Source: an uncultured bacterium (GTDB taxonomy: Bacteria; Patescibacteriota; Minisyncoccia; Minisyncoccales; UBA5738). From it: DNA of 64,000 nucleotides. Location of the stretch: the NCBI GenBank assembly GCA_903847095.1, contig CAINCQ010000041.1, forward strand, positions 72,292-136,291, in the 5' to 3' direction. A model generated the notes under the pieces. The model saw nothing but the letters and a program-made list of their open reading frames with translations. It was not told the origin of the DNA and did not search any database. The stretch's first letter is position 1. Every line of letters starts with the position of its first letter. The position numbers and the translations under genes were made by a program. Below are positions 34,348 to 44,524 of this stretch, in pieces.

Positions 34348-37242
34348 CTAATCCAAAAACTTGGCGGTCCAGGTTTTGGCGTGTTTCAATTCAGCGGGTG
34401 TACCCTGGAAGACGATCCGGCCTCCGCGATCCCCGCCCTCGGGGCCAAGTTCGACCACCCAATCCCCTTCCATGAGTACTTGCGGATTGTGTTCGATGAT
34501 AACCACCGAGTTTCCCTTTTCGACCAGCCGGCGCAGAATGAACAGCAATTTTTTGGTATCGTCGAAGTGAAGGCCGACTGTCGGCTCATCCAAAATATAA
34601 ATAGTGCGTCCGGTATCGCGCTTGGACAGCTCAAAAGCCAGTTTGATCCTTTGGGCTTCTCCGCCCGAAAGGCTTGGCGCGCTTTGTCCCAGCTGTAAAT
34701 AACCCAGACCGATATCGACCAACAGCTGAAGACGTTCCCGGATCATCGGTATCTCGGAAAAAAAGTTCCGGGATTCCTCGATGCTCATGGCCAAAACATC
34801 CGCGATGCTTTTTTCCCGGTATTTTACGTTCAATACTTCGGAAGTGAACCGTTGTCCTTTGCATTGTTCGCATTCGACGTAAACGTCGGGCAGAAAATAC
34901 ATCTCCACCTTCTGGAAACCTTCACCCTGGCAAACCGGGCACCGGCCAAGCTTGGTATTGAACGAAAAATGACCTGGCGAAAAGCCTTTGATCTGGGCAT
35001 CGCGCGACCGCGCGTAAAGTTCCCGCATATGGTTAAATAATCCGGTGTAGGTCGCGGGGTTGGATCGGGGGGTTTTGCCGATTGGGCTTTGGTCCACCAA
35101 GACCACCTTGTTGATATTCTCGGTGCCTTTCAGCTCTTTATAGGTTCCGGGTTGGGCGCGCGCTCCGTAAAATTCTTTTTGGAGGATCCGGGCCAGGGTT
35201 TCGATAACGAGTGTGCTTTTTCCCGATCCGGATACCCCGCCGACGCAAGTCAATTTTTCCAGAGGGATCTTTAAATCGACATTTTTCAAACTGAATTGAT
35301 CGGCCCCAGTGAGTTCCAGCCATTTTGTATCCTTATCAATCGTTTTTTTGGGAAAACCGGTCCCGATCGTGAGTTCACGCGACAAGTATTTTCCCGTCAG
35401 GGTTTTTGCCTTAAGTAAATGTTGATAAGTGCCTTCAAAAACCACCTTGCCGCCCAATTTTCCGGCTCCTGGTCCGATCTCAATGATCCAGTCGGCATTT
35501 TTCATTACTTGTTCGTCGTGTTCGACGACAATCACGGTATTTTGCAGGTTTTGAAGTTCGCGCAAGGCCTTGATCAGACGTTCAACATCGCGCTGGTGCA
35601 AACCGACGGTCGGCTCGTCGAGAACGTAAATCACGCCCGAAAGGGCCGATCCAAGCTGGCAGGCCAGCCGAATGCGTTGGTTTTCCCCAACCGAAAGCGT
35701 GGTTGCTTCGCGCGCCAGGTCGATATAATCAACGCCAACCTCCACTAAAAAGCTTAGCCTTTTGACAATTTCCTTGATCAATGGCTGGGCGATGTCCCGG
35801 TCCCGTTCGCTTAACTTTGCGTCCAAGTTCTTGAAAAAAGGTATTTCTTCCCGGACAGGCATTGACGATAATTCAAAAATATTCTTGTCGTCGATCTTTA
35901 CTGCCAGCGGTTCCCGGGCCAAGCGCGCTCCATGACAGTCGGGGCAGGATATCTCGGTCATGTACTTTGAGATTTCCGCCCGCAGGAATTCCGACGTTGT
36001 TTCGTGATAGGTCCGTTCCATCCTGGGCACGATTCCTTCGTAGTTAGGATATTTTTCGTTTCCAAAAAGCACCGTGGCCTGAAGTTCCTCGGAAAGAGTT
36101 TTAAACGGTTTATCCAGAGAGAAACCGAGTCGTTCCGCCAGATTCTCCAGCGACCATTTTTGATAAGGAACGGCCAATGAGCGTTGCGACCAGCGGCCGA
36201 GATTGTACCAGGGCAGAATGGCCCCTTCGTTGAGAGAAAGGCCGGAATTGATCATCAGTTCGGGATTGATCTTTAAAAGTTTTCCCAACCCTTGGCAGGT
36301 GCCGCAAGCGCCGAACGGGTTATTGAACGAAAAAATCTTGGGTTCGATCACGGGCAAAGATACTTGGCAGTCATTGCAGGAAAAATGGCTTGAGAATATG
36401 GTTTCTTTTTCCTTATCGCCGGTCTTTGAATAAAGTATGATCCTCCCCTTGCCCATTTCCAACCCCTTTTTAACCGAGAGCAGGATCTTTTCCTTTTCCT
36501 CTTTGACCAAATTCTCAAGCTTTTTTTTCTTGCGGGCCAAGGCTTCGGTTTCGGCTTTGGACATTTTCTTTTTATCTATCTCAACCCCATTAACATAATT
36601 ACGCATGTCGAATTTATCGATCACTACTTCGATGTTATGGGTTTTTTGGCGGTCCAGAATCTTGTCTTTGGCCTCATCGGTCGAGTAAAGGATCCCATCG
36701 ATCCGGATCTTAGGCCATCCGGCGCGATAGATCTCCTCGAGCGTTCCCTGATGCTGACCTTTTTTATGGGCGATAACGGAGGCCATGATCAAAATTTCGG
36801 TTTGCGAAGCTGCCCGAAAAACGTTTTCGGCGATACGGTTAGGGGTTTGCGATACCACGGGTTTTCCGCAATTGGGACAATGCGGTTTTCCGATATGGGC
36901 GTAGATCAAGCGAAGATAGTCATAAATTTCCGTCAGCGTGCCCACCGTAGATCTGGGATTGGAAGTGATGGTTTTTTGATTGACCGCGACCGTCGGGGAT
37001 AGGCCATCGATCCGTTCCACGTCGGGTTTTTTCATGCCGCCCAAAAACTGCCGCGCGTATGAAGACAAGCTTTCGAGATAACGGCGCTGACCTTCCTGGA
37101 AGATCGTGTCGAACGCCAAAGAAGATTTTCCCGAGCCCGAGATCCCGCAGATCACTACCAATTTGTTTTTCGGTATCTTAAGATCGATATTCTTGAGGTT
37201 GTGGACAGCAACGTTTTTAAGTTCAATGAAATTTTTATCCAT
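34348..37242 (-). CDS. uvrA: excinuclease ABC subunit A
   Basis: 964-aa ORF with two ABC modules ([18 protein letters not shown]; [16 protein letters not shown] signatures) and CxxC zinc modules. Confidence 0.97.
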   Translation of the reverse strand: MDKNFIELKNVAVHNLKNIDLKIPKNKLVVICGISGSGKSSLAFDTIFQEGQRRYLESLSSYARQFLGGMKKPDVERIDGLSPTVAVNQKTITSNPRSTVGTLTEIYDYLRLIYAHIGKPHCPNCGKPVVSQTPNRIAENVFRAASQTEILIMASVIAHKKGQHQGTLEEIYRAGWPKIRIDGILYSTDEAKDKILDRQKTHNIEVVIDKFDMRNYVNGVEIDKKKMSKAETEALARKKKKLENLVKEEKEKILLSVKKGLEMGKGRIILYSKTGDKEKETIFSSHFSCNDCQVSLPVIEPKIFSFNNPFGACGTCQGLGKLLKINPELMINSGLSLNEGAILPWYNLGRWSQRSLAVPYQKWSLENLAERLGFSLDKPFKTLSEELQATVLFGNEKYPNYEGIVPRMERTYHETTSEFLRAEISKYMTEISCPDCHGARLAREPLAVKIDDKNIFELSSMPVREEIPFFKNLDAKLSERDRDIAQPLIKEIVKRLSFLVEVGVDYIDLAREATTLSVGENQRIRLACQLGSALSGVIYVLDEPTVGLHQRDVERLIKALRELQNLQNTVIVVEHDEQVMKNADWIIEIGPGAGKLGGKVVFEGTYQHLLKAKTLTGKYLSRELTIGTGFPKKTIDKDTKWLELTGADQFSLKNVDLKIPLEKLTCVGGVSGSGKSTLVIETLARILQKEFYGARAQPGTYKELKGTENINKVVLVDQSPIGKTPRSNPATYTGLFNHMRELYARSRDAQIKGFSPGHFSFNTKLGRCPVCQGEGFQKVEMYFLPDVYVECEQCKGQRFTSEVLNVKYREKSIADVLAMSIEESRNFFSEIPMIRERLQLLVDIGLGYLQLGQSAPSLSGGEAQRIKLAFELSKRDTGRTIYILDEPTVGLHFDDTKKLLFILRRLVEKGNSVVIIEHNPQVLMEGDWVVELGPEGGDRGGRIVFQGTPAELKHAKTWTAKFLD

Positions 37243-37374
37243 GGGAAATGTTTAAAGCAATTTATTATATACTATCCGTCAATATTTTCCAAGGATGCGC
37301 ACGGCAAGCTCCGATACTGCCGATAATTGATGTTTGGAATAAAAAAAGGGACATGGTCTATGTCTCTTTCATCG

Positions 37375-37722
37375 CTACAATACTTGAAACGAACGGGCTT
37401 CATTTACGAGGGTTTCGCTCGGCACGCTCCGTTTCAGCCGTTCCGCGATGGACCGCTGGCTGAACGTAAAATCGGCGGTTTTGACCAAGATGTCGAAATC
37501 TTTTTCAAACTTCACAGCCTCGGCCATAAGGGCTAAAGTCCGCTCAATCAAAGCATTACGCGCGATTTTCTTTACCTCGATTTTTGTCGATCCGATTTCC
37601 TCCGGAATTATTCGATATTGGTCAAGAACGATGATCAGTTTGGCGCTGGCTCCCGGAAGTTGTTTCCTGGCTTCCGGAAGAATCGCAAGCGCTGTTATGA
37701 TGGCCCCTGTCTTTTCACACAT
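37375..37722 (-). CDS. hypothetical protein
   Basis: 115-aa ORF. No motif recognised. Confidence 0.4.
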   Translation of the reverse strand: MCEKTGAIITALAILPEARKQLPGASAKLIIVLDQYRIIPEEIGSTKIEVKKIARNALIERTLALMAEAVKFEKDFDILVKTADFTFSQRSIAERLKRSVPSETLVNEARSFQVL

Positions 37723-37739
37723 AAAATACCTCTAAAGTA

Positions 37740-38309
37740 CTACGCCTTACTTAGCACGCCACGTTTTTTTTGCCAAAAAATCGCCTGTTGATAATATAAT
37801 TGATCAAAAAAAATAAATGCGCCCTCGATTGAGAGCGCTTGTCTGATGCACATTACGGAATCTTTTATCAGTCCGGCTTGAGGCCGGGAAATCTTTTTTT
37901 TCCGATCCGACATCTCAAACGAGATTGCCAGCAAAATACTCCGAATTTCGTTATCCCTTTCGCAGTTATCAGCCGTTCCGTATCGGACCGCTTCCATGAA
38001 AAAATCCAGGGCTAAAAACTCTTCATGCAGCGGGTAACAGTCGCGATACCACATCACGAATTTTTCATACAGCCACTCGAGAGTAGCTTTTTTGTTTCTC
38101 TCGAACTGGAGATATTCGTGTCCTACTATGGTGCTTGGATCAAGTTCACCGTTTTCGACAGCAAGCATGATGCAAAGGGCGGCATTCATGGCGTTTTTTA
38201 CAACGCCATCAATATTTTCGCCTTGCCGGATCATGAGACCAAGAAGACGATATCCTTCCTCCATTATTTTCACGCCTGCTATCCCTTCGTCCATATTCAT
38301 TCCATTCAT
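37740..38309 (-). CDS. hypothetical protein
   Basis: 189-aa ORF with an AAGGTGAG SD and its own promoter. No motif recognised. Confidence 0.45.
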   Translation of the reverse strand: MNGMNMDEGIAGVKIMEEGYRLLGLMIRQGENIDGVVKNAMNAALCIMLAVENGELDPSTIVGHEYLQFERNKKATLEWLYEKFVMWYRDCYPLHEEFLALDFFMEAVRYGTADNCERDNEIRSILLAISFEMSDRKKKISRPQAGLIKDSVMCIRQALSIEGAFIFFDQLYYQQAIFWQKKRGVLSKA

Positions 38310-38329
38310 TTCCGTCTCACCTTAAAAAT

Positions 38330-38358
38330 AGTATAACATGCTATATCAAATATGTCAA
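38330..38358 (-). promoter_or_regulatory. sigma70-type promoter (TTGACA-N17-TATACT)
   Basis: The minus strand reads ttgaca tatttgatatagcatgt tatact, about 20 nt upstream of the 38309 start. Confidence 0.55.
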
Positions 38359-38490
38359 GGAAACTAGCCGGTAAAAAATCCGCCAATGTAAAAGACCCAG
38401 GTTAAGGTCTTTGTGCTGATATTGGCAGAAGCCTTGAAAATAGGATAAATCAAACAAAAAACCGGCTTGGATCAGGCCGGTCAAGATGTT

Positions 38491-38955
38491 TTAGGTATAA
38501 TTCATTCTTAATTTTTTGGCATAGGTATTTCCCATAATAAGCAACGTCATTGTCGCGGTAAAAACTAGGCTGAGCTGCGAATCGGTTAAATGCAGATAGC
38601 TGTGAAGATAGTACGAATACGGAAAACCGAGAGCAATGATGATAAAGGTGAAATCGAACGGATCGTGGCCAGATACCTGGCGCGCCTTTAATCCGTTAAC
38701 CGTTTGCGTTTTTTTGAATTCCGCCAGCTCCCTGATTTCGATTTCGACTCCCCTCTTGTATAAAAAGTAGTAGCCAAAAACCAGTACAAAACCCATTCCG
38801 AGCGGAATACCAAGAAGAGCCAGGCAGATGCAAAAAAACGTCAGCGGTCCGGCCATTCCGACCCAGCTGGGTTTGGTGTCGCGCTTTTCCGCATAAAATC
38901 TTAGCTTTCCTTTTTTACTACCGTCGTCTATGAGCAGCTTAATGCTCGTTTCCAT
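38491..38955 (-). CDS. hypothetical membrane protein
   Basis: 154-aa ORF with four hydrophobic helices. Confidence 0.45.
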   Translation of the reverse strand: METSIKLLIDDGSKKGKLRFYAEKRDTKPSWVGMAGPLTFFCICLALLGIPLGMGFVLVFGYYFLYKRGVEIEIRELAEFKKTQTVNGLKARQVSGHDPFDFTFIIIALGFPYSYYLHSYLHLTDSQLSLVFTATMTLLIMGNTYAKKLRMNYT

Positions 38956-39213
38956 CGCCTCCGGAGCTTTTTATTGCAATTGTCAATGAGCGAAACACTA
39001 GGCAATTAATACTATCTTTTTTTAAAATCGTCAATTAAAAAAGGATCGATGTCATCAATCCTCATGTTTATTTCTTGTAGCGAATAAATGAGCGAGCACA
39101 AGAGCCGCTGCTATGCACGCCAAATAGAATGCCGGAATCGAATCACCTCGTTTCTATCTTTTTAAACCATCGAAAATATTTGTCAAGAATCAAAAAGGAC
39201 CAAATTCTGGTCC

Positions 39214-39669
39214 TTACTGTTTCTTTTCGGCCAGAGTTGCTTTAATCACCCGGCAGACTTTTTGCGATTCTTCTCCGGATAAGCGTCCATCCGGATATAT
39301 TTCCCGTATTTTTGAGGCCAATCGGCGCAAATACGGGAAAACATTGGATTGGATAAATTTCGAGTTAGGCTTGATATCCTGATCAAGAAACTCGTCCATG
39401 GCGTACCTCATGTGTCCGCTCAGCCAGTCGGCCAAGCCAAGATTTAAAAATGGCAGGTACTGGGCCACGAATTCCTCGTTATTGGCCCACCGTCCTTCTG
39501 AAATATTCTGAAGGTCCTCCAGTTTTAGTTGGCCGGAATTAAGGGCATAGCGGTATAAAATATCATATCGTATCACTTTTATGACGCCTTCAGACAGGTC
39601 TATTTTCTGGCCATTCCGGACCGCTTCGCGAATTTGGTTTGCCTGGTCTTTGGTCACGTATTCCTTCAT
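39214..39669 (-). CDS. hypothetical protein
   Basis: 151-aa ORF. Its start overlaps the upstream stop by 4 nt (ATGA). A terminator hairpin aggacca-aattc-tggtcct lies downstream. Confidence 0.45.
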   Translation of the reverse strand: MKEYVTKDQANQIREAVRNGQKIDLSEGVIKVIRYDILYRYALNSGQLKLEDLQNISEGRWANNEEFVAQYLPFLNLGLADWLSGHMRYAMDEFLDQDIKPNSKFIQSNVFPYLRRLASKIREIYPDGRLSGEESQKVCRVIKATLAEKKQ

Positions 39670-39950
39670 GATTTAACCTCCGCTGCCAATAAATAATCTT
39701 CGGGCAGAGGATTACTGGCTTTCGCGTTCGCGTTATCGACATCGTATTCGATGCGTTTTCCGTTCCAGAGGACCCTTCTTATGACAATATCGAAGACGAA
39801 AGTGCTGAATTCTTGCCGGATGGTTAATCTTTGCCTTGGTTTAAATATCGGGCGTGGCCTCTTTTTCTCGCATTGAGCTTGACATGCCAGCGCGGCTGCT
39901 TCGGTATCGTGGTCAAATCCACAGGTGCCGCAAAAATGTAGCGTAAACAT
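39666..39950 (-). CDS. hypothetical small protein with N-terminal Cys cluster
   Basis: 94-aa ORF. CGTCG...C-x3-C near the N-terminus suggests a small zinc-binding module. Confidence 0.4.
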   Translation of the reverse strand: MFTLHFCGTCGFDHDTEAAALACQAQCEKKRPRPIFKPRQRLTIRQEFSTFVFDIVIRRVLWNGKRIEYDVDNANAKASNPLPEDYLLAAEVKS

Positions 39951-40092
39951 TTTGCCTTATCCTCCTTTGAAATTTGCTGACCATATAATAACATAAATAA
40001 TTTTATTGTAAAGGATGGACCCGCCCGATAACACAAGCAATTTCTGCTTGTCGGGATGTTGCCTAATCCAGAATAGTTGTTATAATGATCAG

Positions 40093-41172
40093 ATGCCCGG
40101 CAAAAATTACAAGATATCTATGAGCCTGGATCCTGGTTTAAGAAAACAGATCAACGAGCTTCCGGATCGTTTCGGGGTTTACATTCTTAAAGATGCCAAG
40201 GAAAATATCCTGTATGTCGGAAAGGCCAACAATTTGAAAAAACGGGTAATGTCCCATTTTCAGCGTCCGGAACAGCACGCTTGGGATTTTATGCCGCAAG
40301 TTTTTTGTATCGATTTTATCGAAACGGCGAACGAAAATGAAGCGCTATTGGTCGAATCACAGCTGATCAAAAAATACCAGCCAAAATTCAACGTCATTTG
40401 GAAGGATGATAAGGCCTACTTTTACGTGGTAGCAAGCAAGGAAAAATTCCCCCGGGTATTTATTACCCATCAACCCAAGGATCTTGAATGGGACTACCAA
40501 GCCGGGCCGTTCATGAGAGGCGCGGAATTGAAAACATTAATAAAGGATATCCGTAAATTATTTCCTTATCGAAGTTGCGTTAATTTGGCAAAAAAACCCT
40601 GTCTTTACGAAAGCTTGGGCTTATGTCCCGCTCCGTGCGTGAACAGGCGCGCCAACGTAAAATACCGCTATTCCCTCGATACACTATTTAGCATCCTTTC
40701 TCTTTACCGGGGCGCGCCTTTAAGGATCGAAGGGTATGACATTTCCAACATTTCCGGTACGTTGGCGGTTGGCTCCATGGTCGTGTTCGAGGGAGCGAAA
40801 AGAAAGACCGGCGATTATCGCAAGTTCAAGATCAAAACTATTGAAGGTCAAAACGATGTGGCGTCGCTTAAAGAAGTATTATCGCGGCGCCAGAAACACC
40901 CGGAATGGCTTCAAGCCGACCTAATACTCTTGGACGGTGGAAAAGGCCAGCTGAAGGCCGCCAAAGGCCTTAAATCGCCTGTTATCGCTCTAGCCAAGAT
41001 CAAGCGGTCCTCGGGAAAAGTTTTTTCGCCATTTTCAAAAAGTTATGTTTTGCTCGACAAGCTGCCCAGGGATTTGCGGGACATCTTTTTGCGGGTCCGC
41101 GACGAAGCCCACCGTTTTGCGATCACTTACCACAAACAAAGAAGGAAGAAAATATTTTCCGAAAAAAAATAA
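40093..41172 (+). CDS. uvrC: excinuclease ABC subunit C, compact form
   Basis: From ATG 40093 (359 aa). Has GIY-YIG (FGVYILKDAKENILYVGKANNLKKRV), a Cys motif (PCLYESLGLCPAPCV) and the RNase-H-like endonuclease core (IEGYDISNISG...VGSMVVFEGAKRKTGDYRKFKIK, LILLDGGKGQL, RDEAHRFAITYH). No UVR domain or C-terminal (HhH)2 is visible. Confidence 0.8.
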   Translation: MPGKNYKISMSLDPGLRKQINELPDRFGVYILKDAKENILYVGKANNLKKRVMSHFQRPEQHAWDFMPQVFCIDFIETANENEALLVESQLIKKYQPKFNVIWKDDKAYFYVVASKEKFPRVFITHQPKDLEWDYQAGPFMRGAELKTLIKDIRKLFPYRSCVNLAKKPCLYESLGLCPAPCVNRRANVKYRYSLDTLFSILSLYRGAPLRIEGYDISNISGTLAVGSMVVFEGAKRKTGDYRKFKIKTIEGQNDVASLKEVLSRRQKHPEWLQADLILLDGGKGQLKAAKGLKSPVIALAKIKRSSGKVFSPFSKSYVLLDKLPRDLRDIFLRVRDEAHRFAITYHKQRRKKIFSEKK

Positions 41173-41189
41173 AAGCCTTGAAAGAGGCT

Positions 41190-41486
41190 TTATTCCGGAA
41201 TCGTATAAAAGATTTCACCACACTTCGCGGCAGGGTCGAACGCCGCTCCCAGAAACCACAGGAAGCTGAACGTTAGAACTAAAGGATACGGATCGCCACC
41301 GGAAATCCTGCTTATCGCCAGCGCGAAACCCCAGATCGCTATCCCCGAAGCGGCAAATCCGGCAATTACAACCAGAACGTAAGTTGATAGCCGGGCCGGC
41401 GAACGCCTGCGCGCTTCATAAAACGCAATCGTCGACACAAAACTCAGCAATATATAAGCCGCCCACACGCTAATTTGAAAGATCAT
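41190..41486 (-). CDS. small membrane protein
   Basis: 98-aa ORF with three TM helices. Confidence 0.4.
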   Translation of the reverse strand: MIFQISVWAAYILLSFVSTIAFYEARRRSPARLSTYVLVVIAGFAASGIAIWGFALAISRISGGDPYPLVLTFSFLWFLGAAFDPAAKCGEIFYTIPE

Positions 41487-41565
41487 TTTTTAAAACCTCC
41501 GGCGTACGTATTTGTTAATATTGTACCAAAAAAATAAATTTTGTCAATTAATCACCCTTAAAAAC

Positions 41566-43527
41566 ATGGAAAAAAACTTCAAGGTCGTTTCAAAATTCGA
41601 GCCGCAGGGCGACCAGCCGCAGGCAATCGATAAACTGGTCGCGGGCGTAAAAAAAGGTGTGGAATTCCAAACCCTGCTTGGCGTGACCGGTTCGGGCAAA
41701 ACATTTACCATGGCAAAGCTGGTGGAAGCGGTCCAACGCCCAACCCTGGTGATTTCTCCGAATAAAACCCTGGCCGCCCAGCTGTACGAGGAATTCAAAA
41801 ACTTTTTTCCCGAAAACGCGGTTTCCTATTTTGTTTCTTTTTACGACTATTATCAGCCGGAAGCTTATATCCCCCAAACCGATACTTACATCGAAAAGGA
41901 TTCCAAAATCAATGAGGAGATAGACCGAATGCGGCATGAAACGGTCCAGCATTTGATCACCCGCCGCGATTCGCTGGTCGTAGCCTCGGTTTCCTGTATT
42001 TACAATCTGGGTTCGCCCGAAACTTACAAAAAATACGCGTTGCAACTGGCGCGCGGCCAAAACATGACCGAACACGACCTTTTCGGGCATTTATTGGATT
42101 TGCAATACGAACGAAACGACTACGAACTTTGGCGCGGAAAATTCCGGAAGCGGATGAATTATTGTGACGTCTGGCTATCCGGTGAAGACCGGATCATCAG
42201 GATCGAGATCGAAGGAAGCCGCATCAAGAGTTTGGCTGAAGGGTCGGTTCCCTTCGGCGACTTTAAAAGCGTAGCAAAGGCCGAAATCTGGCCGGCAAAA
42301 TTCTGGCTGTCGGACAAGGAGAAACTGAATATCGCTTTATCGAACATCAGCCTGGAAATGCAAAAAACGCACGAAGATCTAAAGAAAGAAGGCAAAATCA
42401 TCGAGGCCGAGCGCATCAAGCGCCGGACCGAATACGATATTTCCATGATGCGGGAAACCGGATATTGCCATGGTATCGAAAACTATTCCCGCCACATCGA
42501 TTTCCGCCAGCCGGATAGCGCCCCTTATACTCTGCTTGATTATTTTCCCGACGATTATGTGGTCTTGGTTGACGAGTCGCATATTACAATACCGCAGATT
42601 CGTGGCATGCAGGTCGGAGACCGCGCCCGAAAAAAAACACTGATCGATTACGGTTTCCGCTTACCTTCGGCCTACGATAACCGGCCCTTGAAATACGAGG
42701 AATTTTTGTCAAAGCTAAACCAGGCCGTTTTTGTGTCCGCTACGCCGGGCGAGTATGAAAAAGGAGTTTCCAAAACCATCGCCGACCAAATCGTGCGCCC
42801 AACGTTTCTTTTGGACCCGCAAATCGAAATCCGTCCGACCGTTGGTCAGATCGATGATTTTCTTCGCGAAATAGTCATCCGAAAAGCGAAAAACCAGCGG
42901 GTACTCGCCTTAACCATCACCAAAAGGCTTTCGGAAGCTTTAGCCGATCATTTAAAGCAAAAAAAAATCAAGGCCGAATATCTTCATTCCGAGATCAAAA
43001 CCCTGGCGCGCCCCAAAATCCTCGCTGATTTGCGAAAAGGCGTCTACGATGTGCTAGTGGGTATTAATTTGCTGCGCGAAGGCCTCGATCTGCCGGAAGT
43101 ATCCCTGATCGCGATCTTTGACGCCGACAAGGAGGGCTTTTTGCGCGACGAAACTTCCTTGGTACAGATAATCGGCCGTACTTCGCGCCATCCGGAAGGC
43201 AGGATCATCATGTACGCCGACCGAATGACAAAATCAATGATCAGGGCTATCGAGGAAACCAACCGGCGGCGCCAAATTCAAAAAGATTATAATACTGCGC
43301 ATAACGTAGAGCCGACCAAGATCGTTAAGGATATTTACGATTCACTGTCTGCCAAGGACAAACAAATAGAAAAAATTCCTACCGAAGAATTTCTTAAAGA
43401 TTATTTAAAACAGCTTAAATCGCAACTCGACTTGGCCCGGCGCAATCTGCAGTTCGAAAAAGCGGCCACGATCAAGCAAAAGATCGGTGAGATATCCGAT
43501 AAAGTTAAAAACGAAAAATTTACTTAA
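41566..43527 (+). CDS. uvrB: excinuclease ABC subunit B
   Basis: From ATG 41566 it reads MEKNFKVVSKFEPQGDQPQAI. Has helicase motifs GVTGSGKT and DESH, a beta-hairpin region and a C-terminal UVR domain (LQFEKAATIKQKIGEI). Confidence 0.97.
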   Translation: MEKNFKVVSKFEPQGDQPQAIDKLVAGVKKGVEFQTLLGVTGSGKTFTMAKLVEAVQRPTLVISPNKTLAAQLYEEFKNFFPENAVSYFVSFYDYYQPEAYIPQTDTYIEKDSKINEEIDRMRHETVQHLITRRDSLVVASVSCIYNLGSPETYKKYALQLARGQNMTEHDLFGHLLDLQYERNDYELWRGKFRKRMNYCDVWLSGEDRIIRIEIEGSRIKSLAEGSVPFGDFKSVAKAEIWPAKFWLSDKEKLNIALSNISLEMQKTHEDLKKEGKIIEAERIKRRTEYDISMMRETGYCHGIENYSRHIDFRQPDSAPYTLLDYFPDDYVVLVDESHITIPQIRGMQVGDRARKKTLIDYGFRLPSAYDNRPLKYEEFLSKLNQAVFVSATPGEYEKGVSKTIADQIVRPTFLLDPQIEIRPTVGQIDDFLREIVIRKAKNQRVLALTITKRLSEALADHLKQKKIKAEYLHSEIKTLARPKILADLRKGVYDVLVGINLLREGLDLPEVSLIAIFDADKEGFLRDETSLVQIIGRTSRHPEGRIIMYADRMTKSMIRAIEETNRRRQIQKDYNTAHNVEPTKIVKDIYDSLSAKDKQIEKIPTEEFLKDYLKQLKSQLDLARRNLQFEKAATIKQKIGEISDKVKNEKFT

Positions 43528-44479
43528 TGAATATCTCGCAGATAAGAAACGCAATGTAAACAGACAATAAAAGAATCGCTTCTTTTTTGGTAACTTTCCG
43601 GCCGGTCCGGATGAAGACAAAAAACAAGATAGAAGCGGCGATCAAAAAATAGCGCGCTGTCGCGAAGAGAGAAACATCGGCTATGGTTATCGGAGACACG
43701 ATTACCACTAAACCCAGGACCAAAGTGGCGGGCATGATGACGGCACCCATCAGGTCGCCCAAGATCATCCTCGTTTCCCCTCTCCGCGCGGAGGCGATGG
43801 AAAAATAAAGCTCGGGGAATGAATTGCCAAGTCCCACGATCAAAACTCCGACCATGGCTAACGGTAAGTTGTATTCGACAGAGAATCTGCTGGCCGCCAA
43901 AATGATTCCCTGGGCCATGAGTATAAGAAGGACCGTGCCAGCCAAAATTTTTCCAATATCCCTCATAAACAAAGGAAGGCGTTTGGCAAGAGGAACCTGG
44001 TAGTTATTGTAGACTTTTTTAAAACGTTCCTGCTTGGAAAAAAGCCAATAAACATAAGAAAAGAAAAGTCCAAGCAGTAAGACTCCATCGAAACGCGACA
44101 GTCTTCCGTCCATGAAAAGCAGGAGCGGCAAAAGTGCGGATATCACGGTGAAAAGCGAGCTGGTCTGGAAGGTCGCCCCCCGGGCCGGAATCCCATCGCG
44201 CGCGAAAAGCGCGGCCAGCGCGATCACCAATGTCATGTCCACCACGTTGCCGCCCACAACGTCTCCGAAGGAAAGTTCGGGCATTTTATTCGCCAAGGCG
44301 AAAATCGCCAAAAAAAAGTTGGGCAAGGTTCCGGCGAAAGCCATAAGCACGAACGCCACGACGAATTCTTTCCATCCGAGGAATTTGGCGACACGCTCCA
44401 ATCCTTCAATGATCCATTGACCGGCAAAATATATTACAACACAGGTAATGATAAAAAAAAGAATATAGGTAAAAAGCAT
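43520..44479 (-). CDS. Ca2+/cation antiporter (CaCA/YrbG family)
   Basis: 319-aa ORF with about 10 TM helices and alpha-repeat signatures (GTLPNFF..., GLGNSFPELYFSI). Convergent 8-nt overlap with uvrB. Confidence 0.8.
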   Translation of the reverse strand: MLFTYILFFIITCVVIYFAGQWIIEGLERVAKFLGWKEFVVAFVLMAFAGTLPNFFLAIFALANKMPELSFGDVVGGNVVDMTLVIALAALFARDGIPARGATFQTSSLFTVISALLPLLLFMDGRLSRFDGVLLLGLFFSYVYWLFSKQERFKKVYNNYQVPLAKRLPLFMRDIGKILAGTVLLILMAQGIILAASRFSVEYNLPLAMVGVLIVGLGNSFPELYFSIASARRGETRMILGDLMGAVIMPATLVLGLVVIVSPITIADVSLFATARYFLIAASILFFVFIRTGRKVTKKEAILLLSVYIAFLICEIFIK

Positions 44480-44524
44480 ACTGGTGAAAACTCATAACTT
44501 TATTTCATCCGATAAACTTGCATC

